Below are positions 18,988-28,785 of a stretch of DNA of 64,000 bases, one piece after another. This stretch comes from a virus, in IMG/VR virus record IMGVR_UViG_3300044807_000022, positions 1 to 64,000 of that record. One strand, given 5' to 3'. Position numbers and translations under genes: made by a program. Numbering within the stretch: the first letter of the stretch is position 1; every line of letters starts with the position of its first letter. Under the pieces are notes generated by a model. That model was not told where the DNA came from. It ran no database searches and saw only the letters and a list, made by a program, of their open reading frames with translations.

Positions 18988-19665
18988 ATGTCAGCCTTCT
19001 TCGACCTCGTACTCGACACCACTGGCCCCGCTGGTGTAGCGGGCTCGATCAACTCGGGTGCGACGTACACCACGTCGCGCGATGTGACGCTCGGGCCGAC
19101 CACGACGGACCCGGACACCACCGGCTACCAGATCAAGATATGGGGCAACGTCGATGCCGCGTTCGACGCCGACATTCAGGCGACCGAGGGCGCGTCCGCA
19201 TGGAAGACGCTCAGCGGGTCGATGGCCGTGCGCCTCTCGACCGGCGACGGCTCGAAGACGCTCACGTGGCGAATCCGCGACGACGTATGGAACGAGTCCT
19301 CCACCGCGACCGACTCGATCACGCTCGACACCACCGTCCCCGTCGTCACCATCGACAGCGGGCCGACGCCGGGCAAGATCAGCAAGCAGACCGGCAAGCG
19401 CACGTCGGACACCGTGTGGCACGCCGACGTGGACATTCAGGCGTACAAGGTCAAGGTGGTCCCGGCGACGAACTCGATCCACTCGGCGGGCACCCAGATA
19501 CCGACGACCGGCGGCTCCGCGAACGTCACGGGCGGCTCGGTCACGGCGGCCTCCACGGTCACCACGACCATCGACGGCGCGGACCTGGAGACGGCGGCTG
19601 GCGCGGACGGCACCTGGCACGTGAAGGTCTTCGTGCAGGACCTCGCCGGTAACTGGTCGGTGTAG
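18988..19665 (+). CDS. Ig-like virion protein
   Basis: INSGATYTTSRDVTL, GDGSKT, SITLDTT, VQDLAGNWS. Confidence 0.7.
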   Translation: MSAFFDLVLDTTGPAGVAGSINSGATYTTSRDVTLGPTTTDPDTTGYQIKIWGNVDAAFDADIQATEGASAWKTLSGSMAVRLSTGDGSKTLTWRIRDDVWNESSTATDSITLDTTVPVVTIDSGPTPGKISKQTGKRTSDTVWHADVDIQAYKVKVVPATNSIHSAGTQIPTTGGSANVTGGSVTAASTVTTTIDGADLETAAGADGTWHVKVFVQDLAGNWSV

Positions 19666-19668
19666 ATC

Positions 19669-20307
19669 GTGTCGGGGTCGTTCGACCTCACACTCCGGAC
19701 CCATGCGCCGGTCATCACGTGGGGCGCGCTCAGCGGCTACGTGCCGGGGGGCGCGTTCTCGGTGGCCTACACGCTGGATGAGCCCGCGATCATCGACGCC
19801 CGCCTGATCGACTTCGACGGCGTGGTCTTCCCGCTCACCATCGAGTCGGACCGGCTGACCGTGAACCTGCCTGACACCGTGGCGCTCGGGCAGGCCACCG
19901 TCGAGGCCGACGTGCTGGACGACGTGGACAACGCCACGACGCGCACGCTCACGCTCGCGATCCAGGCGACGATCATCCCGCCCCAGCCGGTGCAGCAGGT
20001 GGTCACCGGCCTGCCGCGCGAGACGCCGCCGCCGCGCCGCCGCGAGGAGCACAAGCGCTCGCGCTCGACGCTGCGGGTCCGGACGGCCAGCCGCGTCCTC
20101 GTCGCTGCCGTCGAGCAGACCCGCATAGCCGTGGGCACCGAGGCCCGAGTCCGCACGACCCAGCGTGAACACAGTGCGGTCACAGTGTCAACACTGGCAC
20201 GTCAAACTGCCCACCACGAAGTTGCGACGGCAGTTACGTTTTCAACCACGGGGGCTGTGAGCCGTGACGAGAGCCAGGTGGCCCTCCTCGCGCTGCTTCT
20301 CTCGTGA
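19669..20307 (+). CDS. Virion-associated protein, Ig-like N-terminus
   Basis: DDVDN Ig-like end motif; N-terminus resembles that of the upstream gene. Confidence 0.55.
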   Translation: MSGSFDLTLRTHAPVITWGALSGYVPGGAFSVAYTLDEPAIIDARLIDFDGVVFPLTIESDRLTVNLPDTVALGQATVEADVLDDVDNATTRTLTLAIQATIIPPQPVQQVVTGLPRETPPPRRREEHKRSRSTLRVRTASRVLVAAVEQTRIAVGTEARVRTTQREHSAVTVSTLARQTAHHEVATAVTFSTTGAVSRDESQVALLALLLS

Positions 20308-20396
20308 GGATCGTGCTTACGCGTGCGTCCTGGTGTCGGCGCTCGCGGGGCTTTCGTGGTGCGACATGGTGCGGAAACGGGAACGACCGTCGCGCT

Positions 20397-20407
20397 TTCG
20401 TAGATTA
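20397..20407 (+). promoter_or_regulatory. Class II promoter motif TTCGTAGATTA
   Basis: Exact repeat of 4477 and 13483. Confidence 0.65.
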
Positions 20408-20415
20408 ACTACGAC

Positions 20416-20571
20416 ATGGGCGCGCTCGTTCAGCTTCTCGTCGCAGTCATCGTCGCGGCCATTTTCTACGCAATCGCGGTAGCCCTCGGGCTGCCTGCGC
20501 CGGTCCCGCTGATCGTCGCGCTGGTCGCGCTCCTGGTCGCGTGGAAGTCCGACTTGCCCTCGCGGGTGTAG
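20416..20571 (+). CDS. 51-aa two-TM membrane protein (not in ORF track)
   Basis: MGALVQLLVAVIVAAIFYAIAVALGLPAPVPLIVALVALLVAWKSDLPSRV, directly after the promoter. Confidence 0.65.
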   Translation: MGALVQLLVAVIVAAIFYAIAVALGLPAPVPLIVALVALLVAWKSDLPSRV

Positions 20572-20576
20572 CGCGC

Positions 20577-21932
20577 ATGCCGGTGAAGTTCCCCAAGGGC
20601 ACGCAGGTCTTCGAGCGGGGCGACAAGGTGTTCATGGTCGCCCCGGTCTCGCCGCTCACGGTCACCGACGAGCAGATCGAGGAGTTCGCCTTCGCGGACT
20701 CGGTGAAGCGCATGCGCTCGCAGGCACCGAATCCGAACCTGGCGTGGTTCGGCGGCCACTACGTCGAGGCCGACGCGGCGAACCGCAACGGCGCGATGTG
20801 GACCGCAGGCGAGCTTGCCATCAAGGCGGTCACGCCGATGTTCATGCCCGTGACCGTGATGCACGATCCTCGTACAGCCGTTGGCCTGATCGCTGACACG
20901 GTGCTCAAGACGCCCGACCAGCATCAGGTCCCACGCTCCCGCATCGAGACGGCCCTGGCTCTCTGGGCGCACCGCTTCCCCGAGGCGGTCGAGGAGGCCA
21001 TGCACAACTACAAGGCCGGGACGCTCATGCAGTCCATGGAGTGCCTGGCCCCGGAGTATTCCTGCTCCACGTGCGGCATGACGTACCAGAAGCTCCCGCG
21101 CGGCGCAGAGCGCGCGAACTGGTGCTCGCACCTGCTGGAGTCGAACCCCAGCGGTGGCTACACGGCACGGGCGGGGGAAAGTCCAACTGCCGTTCGTATA
21201 TTACGCCAAGTCTGCTTCACCGGGACCGGACTCATCTACGGAACTCGGGGGGCCAGAGGCGCAGACCCACACGCGAACCTCGAAGCCTTCCAAGAAGAAG
21301 TAGCGGAGTACCACGAACGGTCTCACCGCACTGATACGCGAAAGCCCCGGAGGACTCGAACCAGCATGGACCCCATCGAAGTCGCCAAGTCGGAGTACGA
21401 GGCCCTGCTGAAGCGGCCCGAGCAGAAGACGCTCGACGCTGCCATCGAGCGGGCGGAAGCCGCCGAGGCGAAGGTCGCCACGCTGGAGGAGGAGAAGGCC
21501 GCCGCCGAGAAGGCGAAGGCCGACGCCGAGGAGGCCAAGGAGGCAGCCGAGAAGAAGGTCTCGGACGCCGAGGAGAAGGCCGCCGCCGCCGACCTCAAGA
21601 CCAAGCGTCTCGACGCGCTGGGCGAGGGCTTCAAGGCCAAGCTCGGCGCGAAGACCAAGGAGCGCCTGACCGAGCAGGCCGGGACCATGAAGGACCCGGA
21701 GTGGGAGGCGCGCCTGGAGGAGCTTGCCGAGGCGTACGGCGTCAAGCCGGACGAGGCCAAGGCCAGCACCGAGGCGGACGGCGACGAGACCGTCTTCACG
21801 CGCGACGAGGTTGCGCGGAGCAAGACGGCCGGTGCCTCCGAGGAGGAGCACGCCTCCGCGCAGCCGTCCGAGGCCGCGCAGAAGAACGTCGTCGGCGGGC
21901 TGTTCTCGATGGCCCGCGCGGGGAAGCTCTAG
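20577..21932 (+). CDS. Prohead protease-scaffold fusion
   Basis: ANRNG, V-x-x-MH, QSMEC, CSTCG and FTGTG protease-like motifs; C-terminal Glu/Lys/Ala coiled coil. Confidence 0.8.
   Translation: MPVKFPKGTQVFERGDKVFMVAPVSPLTVTDEQIEEFAFADSVKRMRSQAPNPNLAWFGGHYVEADAANRNGAMWTAGELAIKAVTPMFMPVTVMHDPRTAVGLIADTVLKTPDQHQVPRSRIETALALWAHRFPEAVEEAMHNYKAGTLMQSMECLAPEYSCSTCGMTYQKLPRGAERANWCSHLLESNPSGGYTARAGESPTAVRILRQVCFTGTGLIYGTRGARGADPHANLEAFQEEVAEYHERSHRTDTRKPRRTRTSMDPIEVAKSEYEALLKRPEQKTLDAAIERAEAAEAKVATLEEEKAAAEKAKADAEEAKEAAEKKVSDAEEKAAAADLKTKRLDALGEGFKAKLGAKTKERLTEQAGTMKDPEWEARLEELAEAYGVKPDEAKASTEADGDETVFTRDEVARSKTAGASEEEHASAQPSEAAQKNVVGGLFSMARAGKL
21193..21205 (+). promoter_or_regulatory. Intragenic class II promoter TTCGTATATTACG
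   Basis: Identical 13-mer at 27053; forces rare ATA TTA codons. Confidence 0.6.
21366..21932 (+). CDS. Scaffold protein from an internal in-frame start
   Basis: GGAGGA 11 nt upstream of ATG (MDPIEV); downstream of the internal promoter. Confidence 0.5.
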   Translation: MDPIEVAKSEYEALLKRPEQKTLDAAIERAEAAEAKVATLEEEKAAAEKAKADAEEAKEAAEKKVSDAEEKAAAADLKTKRLDALGEGFKAKLGAKTKERLTEQAGTMKDPEWEARLEELAEAYGVKPDEAKASTEADGDETVFTRDEVARSKTAGASEEEHASAQPSEAAQKNVVGGLFSMARAGKL

Positions 21933-22008
21933 GGCAACCCCGCACCTGAACCACCTGATCTGACCACCACCACCTGAACCGAACGAGACCCGAGGAGCAA
22001 GAACCAAG

Positions 22009-22608
22009 ATGGACTACGGCATCTTCCCGCTGAAGGACGCATCTGCGCTCCCCAACGTCTCGGTGGCGCATCCCGGCGAGGTCTGGACCCGAGGCGTGGC
22101 CTCGGGCGCGATCCGACCGGGCCAGGCCGTCGTTCCGGTCAACCGGACCGTCAACGGCCGCGACACGCTCTGCTACAAGGCGGTCGGCGGCTCGGCCGAC
22201 GTGTCGAGCGCGGCAGTCGCGCCGTCGCAGGTCGCCATCGCCATGCGCAAGATCGAGGTCCCGGACCAGAACAGCGGCTCGCAGTACAACGAGGCGCTGG
22301 GTCCGAACCAGATCGTCAACCTCCCGATCAGCGACGGCGACTACGTGCGCACGTACTTCTCGGGGGCGTTCCACCTGACCCAGATCGTCGCGGCCGACTA
22401 CAAGCCCGGCGACCGGATCGGCTACGACCCGGCGGCCACGCCGCAGACGGGCAAGGTCGGGCCGGGCGCGTGGCGCAAGTCGGCGGACGCCGGGGCGGTC
22501 CTGAAGGACCACTTCGAGGTCATCGAGTTCCGGCGCTTCGAGCCCGCCGGGGGTGTCGCCAACGAGGGCATCCTGACCGTCCGCAAGCTCGGGGCCGCGC
22601 AGTTCTAG
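22009..22608 (+). CDS. Capsid decoration/cement protein
   Basis: Between scaffold and major capsid gene; strong RBS. Confidence 0.6.
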   Translation: MDYGIFPLKDASALPNVSVAHPGEVWTRGVASGAIRPGQAVVPVNRTVNGRDTLCYKAVGGSADVSSAAVAPSQVAIAMRKIEVPDQNSGSQYNEALGPNQIVNLPISDGDYVRTYFSGAFHLTQIVAADYKPGDRIGYDPAATPQTGKVGPGAWRKSADAGAVLKDHFEVIEFRRFEPAGGVANEGILTVRKLGAAQF

Positions 22609-22699
22609 GCCCCTGACCTGACCTGACGCGCGAGCAAACGCACCTACCCACCTTCCACACCGAAACCCTGACGAGAAACACGAGGAGCCCAGAGACCAG

Positions 22700-23647
22700 A
22701 TGGACAACGTGATCTTCAACACGCTCAAGGCCGTCCGGTCCGAGGAGAACGCGGAGCGGCGCGCCGAACTGATGGAGCGCTCGAACGCGGAGCTTGCTCA
22801 GCACTTCTCGCGCCCGCAGAACCAGGCCGACCTTCAGGAGTTGGCGTTCGACCTCCTGAACAACGCCTGGAACGACACGACCCGGCAGGACATTCTGCCG
22901 GACCTCATCGACGTGAAGACGGTCGGCTTCGGCTCCGTCGATTACGTCAACGAGAACCTGTACGGCATGCGGGCCTACTGGCAGGGTCCCGGCGGCCAGA
23001 TTCTCTCGGACGTGCTGCGCTACTCGCGCACCACGATGCCGCGAGACGGGATGGTCGCCGCCATCGACCTGCACGACGACGAAATCGCCACGGACTTCTG
23101 GGGCACGTTCCAGAAGCTCTCGGCGCACGCGTCGGAGAAGCTGGCCCTCCTCCCGGCCGAGCGCCTGGTGGAACTGATCCAGCGGGCCGTCACGTCGGGT
23201 GCCTACTTCGGCTCCTTCGCCGCGAGCACGCTCACGGCGGCCGAGGTCGATTCGGTCCTCGACAACGTGGCCCTCAAGTCGGCGGGCAAGGTGTCCATCG
23301 TCGGGACCCGGTACGCGATCCGCAAGCTCGCGAACATCGGCCTGGCGTTCGGCCCCAACGTCCAGGAGCGGGTCTTCGACTCGGGCCAGATCGGCGTCTA
23401 CAAGGGCTACCCGGTGGTCCAGTTGGACAACGAGCAGGAGAACTTCGAGGGGCAGTTCGCGCTGCCCAACGACGAACTCTGGCTCGTCGGCCGCAACGCC
23501 GGTCGTCTGACCTACTACGGCAACGAGGCCAAGGTCCAGACGCTCCAGCGCTCGGGCTTCTACAAGCGCTGGGAGACGGAGCGCGCCGCAGGCATGCTCC
23601 TCTACGGCGCGGACTTCGGGCGGCTCGGCCGCATCAAGCTCACCTAA
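22700..23647 (+). CDS. Major capsid protein (HK97-like)
   Basis: Position, 315 aa, G-x-YKGYPVV motif, strong RBS, downstream hairpin. Confidence 0.8.
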   Translation: MDNVIFNTLKAVRSEENAERRAELMERSNAELAQHFSRPQNQADLQELAFDLLNNAWNDTTRQDILPDLIDVKTVGFGSVDYVNENLYGMRAYWQGPGGQILSDVLRYSRTTMPRDGMVAAIDLHDDEIATDFWGTFQKLSAHASEKLALLPAERLVELIQRAVTSGAYFGSFAASTLTAAEVDSVLDNVALKSAGKVSIVGTRYAIRKLANIGLAFGPNVQERVFDSGQIGVYKGYPVVQLDNEQENFEGQFALPNDELWLVGRNAGRLTYYGNEAKVQTLQRSGFYKRWETERAAGMLLYGADFGRLGRIKLT

Positions 23648-23682
23648 GCGCCTTCAAGGGACGCACCGGGGGTAGGGAATCG

Positions 23683-23716
23683 ACGGGGCGGTTGGTCAGA
23701 CGACCGGCCGCCCCGT
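23683..23716 (+). terminator. Hairpin after the major capsid gene
   Basis: ACGGGGCGGTTGGTC / GACCGGCCGCCCCGT. Confidence 0.6.
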
Positions 23717-23756
23717 TAGCGTTCAGCAGTAGAGCAGTCAACAAGCGAACCGGAGG

Positions 23757-24584
23757 ATGGACATGCCGCAGGACAAGACGCTCTGGAAGAACAACACCGC
23801 AAGCGTGGACCCCGAGCAGAAGGGGTTCATCATCGGGGTCTCGGTCTACGACCAGGAGCACAAGCAGACCCGCCAGCCGCTCATGCCCGGTGAGACCGTC
23901 TGGCTCACCGAGGACGAGCGCATCCTTACGGCGAACGCGCCGCGACTGGAGCAGGACAACCCGTTCACGAACGGCCACCTTCTCCAGGTCAACGAGGAGC
24001 AGCGGCCCATCGGCCGGTCCATCGGCGGCTCCACCACCACGACCGGCGAGACCGTCGCCCCCGTGGAGGACGTGGAGGCCACCGCCGCTGCCAAGGCCGA
24101 GGCGGACGCGCCCCCTGCCGATCCGGCCCCCGAGCCCGAGGCACCGGCCGCTCCCGAGGACCACACGGTCGCGCCCCCGTCCGGCCCGCCGGTCGGCACG
24201 ATCACCGAACTGCCGCCAGAGCTTCGCCTGGGCGGCGACAACGACACCGAGGCGGGCGAGCCCCCGGAGGTCTCAGGCCCCGTGAGCGTCGTCGGGGACG
24301 GAGAGGTCCGCGAGGTCGCAGAGGAGGAGCACGCGGCCGTAGGAGCCGCCACGGTGGCCGAGGAGACCGGCGCAGCCGTCCCGCCCGCCGGGGAGCCGCC
24401 CATCGGGGAGTACGCGCAGGACGAGGAGGTCGCGACCCCCGAGGCCGCAGCCGCCACGTCCGCCGAGGGGCCGCCGCCCGCGTCCCCGGACCCCATCGAC
24501 CAGGAGCAGGGCCTTCACGCCCTGACCCCCGAGCCCGAGCCGACGCCCGAGAACGGGCCGGGCGGGCGCTTCCGGGTGAAGTAG
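23757..24584 (+). CDS. Hypothetical protein with long Pro/Glu/Ala disordered tail
   Basis: GGAGG RBS. Confidence 0.7.
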   Translation: MDMPQDKTLWKNNTASVDPEQKGFIIGVSVYDQEHKQTRQPLMPGETVWLTEDERILTANAPRLEQDNPFTNGHLLQVNEEQRPIGRSIGGSTTTTGETVAPVEDVEATAAAKAEADAPPADPAPEPEAPAAPEDHTVAPPSGPPVGTITELPPELRLGGDNDTEAGEPPEVSGPVSVVGDGEVREVAEEEHAAVGAATVAEETGAAVPPAGEPPIGEYAQDEEVATPEAAAATSAEGPPPASPDPIDQEQGLHALTPEPEPTPENGPGGRFRVK

Positions 24585-24588
24585 AGCT

Positions 24589-25239
24589 ATGGCGGTGACG
24601 GACCCTCGGGACGTACGGGTGATGATCCCGAGGGTCCGTCGTGCCCTCGACGGGCCGCAGGCGCTCACCAGCGGCTTCGTAGGGGGCCTCTCGGACGAGC
24701 AGGTCAAGAACTACATCGCGGATGCCGTCGCGAGCGTCATCTTCTACACGGGCGGCGTGTTCGGCGCGGCCCTCGAAGTGACCGAGCGCGACCCCGACTA
24801 CAACGCCCCCTCGGAGTACCGCACCAGCCGCGAGTTGACGCTGCCCGAGCAAACCGTGATTGCCGTCCAGGCTTCGCTCGACCACTTCCATCACGAATTC
24901 AAGGGCGCGAAGGTCTCGGAGGCGATCCAGAACGAGTTCCAGTCGTGGGAGTGGTCGGTCAACGGGCCGATGCTGCGCGACCAACTGAAGGCGCTCCTCG
25001 CACAGCGCGACGAGGCGCTGGACATGATCCGCCGCACGGGCAACGTCGGCGTGGACACCTACGCCTCGTTCCTGGCCGCGCAGGACGTGCAGGTCGCCAT
25101 CGCCGTCGAGCCGTACACGATCTACGACACGGGCGGCTACATGCCCACGCGCGGCGGCGACTACAGCGGCGGCGGCGTCAGCGGGCATACCGGCTTCGTC
25201 AGCGGTGACGGGCTCGGCGGCCTCGGGCTGTTCGGGTAG
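24589..25239 (+). CDS. Head-tail adaptor (putative)
   Basis: Synteny; VRR...LSDEQV pattern. Confidence 0.55.
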   Translation: MAVTDPRDVRVMIPRVRRALDGPQALTSGFVGGLSDEQVKNYIADAVASVIFYTGGVFGAALEVTERDPDYNAPSEYRTSRELTLPEQTVIAVQASLDHFHHEFKGAKVSEAIQNEFQSWEWSVNGPMLRDQLKALLAQRDEALDMIRRTGNVGVDTYASFLAAQDVQVAIAVEPYTIYDTGGYMPTRGGDYSGGGVSGHTGFVSGDGLGGLGLFG

Positions 25240-25244
25240 GGGCC

Positions 25245-25655
25245 ATGGACAACGCCGCCTTCGCGGACGCCCAGAAGCGCCTCACCGACTACGTGGGGGA
25301 GCAGGTCGTGCTGATGTTCCCGACCGAGACGGTGTGGCCGCCCGGCACGAAGCTCGACCCCGAGTCCGGCCAGCCGCTCGATCCCTGGGTCGAGCCGGTC
25401 TCGTCCGGCTTCACCGAGTGGACGGGCTCCGCGTCGGTGGGAAGGCGTCTCGCGAACTCCCGACTGCAATCAGGAGTTGAGTTCGAGCCCATCGGCGTCC
25501 AGGAGGGCGGGCCGATGCAGGTCCTCATCCCCATGGACTACTACCCGATTTCGTCCGGCGAGGCGAAGTACGCGCGGGTGCGCGGTCGCGAGTGGAAGGT
25601 GGAGGACACCGAACTCGACGTGTTCCGCTACGTGCTGCAACTGGAGCCCCGATGA
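25245..25655 (+). CDS. Head closure/stopper (putative)
   Basis: Synteny; V-x-G-x-x-W-x-V beta motif. Confidence 0.5.
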   Translation: MDNAAFADAQKRLTDYVGEQVVLMFPTETVWPPGTKLDPESGQPLDPWVEPVSSGFTEWTGSASVGRRLANSRLQSGVEFEPIGVQEGGPMQVLIPMDYYPISSGEAKYARVRGREWKVEDTELDVFRYVLQLEPR

Positions 25656-25710
25656 GCCGCTGGCGTCGGCGCTGGCGTAGGCGTCTGCCGCGACTGGTAC
25701 TGGTGTAGCC

Positions 25711-26205
25711 GTGCCGAACATCAGCCGACAGCAGATCATCGTGCAGTCCGTCCAGGACTACCTGCGGGCGAAGCTCGCCGCGCACGGCATCCCCGCCGAC
25801 GCGGTGACGATGCTGAACGCGTTCGACTACCAGCAGTTCAACGACCGGCCGCTCGACAAGGAGTACGTCGCGGCGGGCTTCAACTTCGACAAGGGCACGA
25901 AGCCGCTGGAGCTTGGCTCCTCCCTCTGCCAGCGGACGCACGTGCTGGAGTTCTGGGTCTTCGCGACGACGCCGCAGCGTGGCGAGGCGCTGGCAGGCAC
26001 GATCCGCGACTCGCTGGACGACGAGGGCCTGATCCCCCTGCTCGACTACAACCAGGACGGCGACCCGATCATGGACTACCTGGAGGTCGAGAACCCCGGC
26101 CCACGGTCGCAGCGGCAGATTCACCCCGAGCCCAAGCCGTGGCAGGAGAACGCGTGGACCGTGACCCTGCCCGTGATCGACACCTTCTACGCGAGCGATG
26201 AGTAG
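25711..26205 (+). CDS. Tail terminator/completion protein (putative)
   Basis: Synteny and size. Confidence 0.5.
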   Translation: MPNISRQQIIVQSVQDYLRAKLAAHGIPADAVTMLNAFDYQQFNDRPLDKEYVAAGFNFDKGTKPLELGSSLCQRTHVLEFWVFATTPQRGEALAGTIRDSLDDEGLIPLLDYNQDGDPIMDYLEVENPGPRSQRQIHPEPKPWQENAWTVTLPVIDTFYASDE

Positions 26206-26299
26206 CCGGGGATGGTTCTGGCGGACGCCTCCTGGCCGCGCGCTCGCGTGGTTCTTCCGCCGCATCGGCTGGACCGGCGACAACCTGGGGTAGCCCCCC

Positions 26300-27037
26300 G
26301 TGGCTGACTACTTTCAGCGCATCCTCCCGGACCTTGCTCAGGTCGAGCGGGTCTACAAGCTGTTCGTGGAAGTCGAGGCGGAACTCGTAACGGCCGTTAG
26401 GGTTTCGCCGGACCCCGCAGTGCGCCGCACCGCGCAGAATCAGGCCCGGCTGGTGCGCCGCGCCTACCAGCAGTTCCAGGAGGACCTGATCGCGCTCGCG
26501 CAGCGGTGCGCCGAGGTCGCCAACGAGGAGGTCATGCGCCTCTACCAGGACGCCCGCACCCCGCGCGGCGACACCGGCAACCCTCCCCACCTGTCCGAGG
26601 CCCTGCCCACGTCCGAGGCGGTGCCGACGCCGGTACCGGCGGGCGTCGTCGGCATCACGCGGCTGGACGCACTGGAGAAGTTCGAGTATTGGAAGGCGCA
26701 GGAGTTCGGCCTGGATGAGGGCTTCGTCGGCCGCGAGGTCAAGGGCTGGTTCTTTGGCACGGGCTTCAGCGGCCCGATCAGCGCGCCGGACCCCGGCCAG
26801 AGCCAGAACCACCCGCTGTTCAGGCCCTCCAGCACCGGCCGCACGATGCACATTCAGAACCCCATCGAGCCCGGCCACTTCCTGACCGACACGGTGCGCA
26901 CGGTCGAAGCGCTGTGGCTCAAGCTGATGAACGAGTCGGTGCGCGACGTGGTGCGTGACCTCGACGCCGCGCTGGGCCAAGCCAGGCCCTCTGGCTACCG
27001 CGAGGGAGTGCTCCGTCGCGGTGCCCGTCGCCGTTAG
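26300..27037 (+). CDS. Neck/tail completion protein (HK97 gp10-like)
   Basis: DTG, YW-x-x-QEFG and P-x-HFL motifs. Confidence 0.55.
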   Translation: MADYFQRILPDLAQVERVYKLFVEVEAELVTAVRVSPDPAVRRTAQNQARLVRRAYQQFQEDLIALAQRCAEVANEEVMRLYQDARTPRGDTGNPPHLSEALPTSEAVPTPVPAGVVGITRLDALEKFEYWKAQEFGLDEGFVGREVKGWFFGTGFSGPISAPDPGQSQNHPLFRPSSTGRTMHIQNPIEPGHFLTDTVRTVEALWLKLMNESVRDVVRDLDAALGQARPSGYREGVLRRGARRR

Positions 27038-27052
27038 AAGTTCTGACGCCCG

Positions 27053-27065
27053 TTCGTATATTACG
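27053..27065 (+). promoter_or_regulatory. Class II promoter TTCGTATATTACG
   Basis: Upstream of the major tail gene pair. Confidence 0.65.
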
Positions 27066-27092
27066 TCTGAATAGGGCTGTCTGGACTGGCGT

Positions 27093-27404
27093 ATGCGGCA
27101 ACTACTGGAACTGGTCACTCGGTACATACAGGGTCGGAGACGACGCTACCTCGCGCAGATGCTCGGAGAGTTCGAGCGGAGCGTGGAGCCTCATCTGAAC
27201 CTGGATGACCCGCAGGTGGTCGGTGGCGTGAACGAGTTCAAGGCGCTTGTACGCATGCGACTGAACGCTCTCGCGGTGGACGCCGTGGACGCGCTGAAGG
27301 CCACGCTGGAAGGCAAGAGCATCAACCAGGCCGGACAAGACCTACGCGACAGGCTGCACCCCGAGGGTCGGCCCCAACCCACCAGGAGACCAGACACCGC
27401 ATGA
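27093..27404 (+). CDS. Hypothetical protein
   Basis: Follows the promoter; ATGA overlap with the major tail gene. Confidence 0.65.
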   Translation: MRQLLELVTRYIQGRRRRYLAQMLGEFERSVEPHLNLDDPQVVGGVNEFKALVRMRLNALAVDAVDALKATLEGKSINQAGQDLRDRLHPEGRPQPTRRPDTA

Positions 27405-28648
27405 GCGTTCGAGCCGGGGAAATCCTTCATGTAGCGGGCAACAACGTGATCGACCGCATCCAGTCGGCCGGTCTCGGCAACGTTCAGGTGCCCATCGAGC
27501 GCATCCTGGAGGTCGGCAACCGGGAGACCGTGGACAAGGTTCCGGGCGAGCCGGACTTCACGTTCTCGCTGGAGTCGCTGGACGTGTCCGTCGAGCTTCT
27601 GGCGTTCCTCTCGGGGCGCGTCTCGGCGGCGGCCTCGGGCTCGGCGTCGGTCGCGGAGACCGTCGCGGACGGGACCGAGTTCGACTGGCTCGACGTGGCC
27701 GGTCGCGCCATCAACATCGCTTCGCCGTGGAAGGACCCGAGCACGGGTTCAGCGGGCGTCGTGGAGGCGGGGCACCTGATCCCCGGCTACTACGTCACCC
27801 GCATGGCCTACCGCTACGGCGTGACGGACAACGCCACCCAGAGCGTGGACCTGTCCGGCGGCGCGTTCTTCTACGGCGAGTTCGCGCCGACCGAGGCGTT
27901 CTTCACGGGCGACGGCGCGACCGACGACTTCGTGACCCCGAACAACGCGGTCGGCTACCGCAAGGGTGGCGCGGACGGCACGACCTTCAAGTCGGTGTTC
28001 GGCGTCATCGTGGACGGCACGCTCCAGACCGAGGACGTGGACTACACGGTCACCCCGACGACCGTGGGCGCGGGCGCGCGCACGGTGACGTTCACGAACC
28101 CGCCCGCCAACGGCGCGGACGTGCGGCTCTGCTACTTCACGAACGCGGCCAAGGCGTTCCCGCAGACGGTCCACGCCTCGACGCTCGTCAAGCCCGGCGC
28201 GGTGCGCGGGCGCAACATCAAGATTCTCGTCAACGGCGACCGGATCGGCGGCGTGCAGAGCTTCGAGCTTGACGCCACCTGCACCGGCACGCTGGAGCGG
28301 GAAATGGGCACCGAGGACGTGGTGGGCTACACGCTCACCGAGACCAACGCGAACGGCACCATCACGATCCGCGCCAAGGACAAGGACGCGTTCTTCACGT
28401 TCCTGTCCGAGGTCACGGGCGTCTCGCGCGCGGAGGTCTTCGGCTGGTTCAACCAGAACTCGGTCGAACTGGAGGTCTTGGTCGAGAACCCCAAGAACCC
28501 CGGCCAAATCCTCAAGACCCTGTACGTCAACGACGCGCAGTTCCAGCCGCCCGGCACCCCGGCGCGCGTCAACCAGGCGACCGACTTCGCCATCACGTGG
28601 GAGTCGAAGCGCGGCAGCTTCAAGGAGTACAAGGGAGAGCGGCCCTAG
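27401..28648 (+). CDS. Major tail (tube) protein
   Basis: Beta-rich with inserted FTGDGAT...FTNPPANGA domain; precedes chaperones and tape measure. Confidence 0.75.
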   Translation: MSVRAGEILHVAGNNVIDRIQSAGLGNVQVPIERILEVGNRETVDKVPGEPDFTFSLESLDVSVELLAFLSGRVSAAASGSASVAETVADGTEFDWLDVAGRAINIASPWKDPSTGSAGVVEAGHLIPGYYVTRMAYRYGVTDNATQSVDLSGGAFFYGEFAPTEAFFTGDGATDDFVTPNNAVGYRKGGADGTTFKSVFGVIVDGTLQTEDVDYTVTPTTVGAGARTVTFTNPPANGADVRLCYFTNAAKAFPQTVHASTLVKPGAVRGRNIKILVNGDRIGGVQSFELDATCTGTLEREMGTEDVVGYTLTETNANGTITIRAKDKDAFFTFLSEVTGVSRAEVFGWFNQNSVELEVLVENPKNPGQILKTLYVNDAQFQPPGTPARVNQATDFAITWESKRGSFKEYKGERP

Positions 28649-28668
28649 CGCCCTCGCGCCCTGACATA

Positions 28669-28692
28669 GGCCCCGGCCACTGAGCCGGGGCC
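28669..28692 (+). terminator. Hairpin after the major tail gene
   Basis: GGCCCCGGC-CACTGA-GCCGGGGCC. Confidence 0.55.
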
Positions 28693-28785
28693 GCACGACG
28701 GCATCGTGGCCCCCATGGGGGTAGGAGCAGTAAACCGGCAAGCGCGGCCCCTTCCGGGGCCGTTTGCACATCGAGAAGGAGACCA

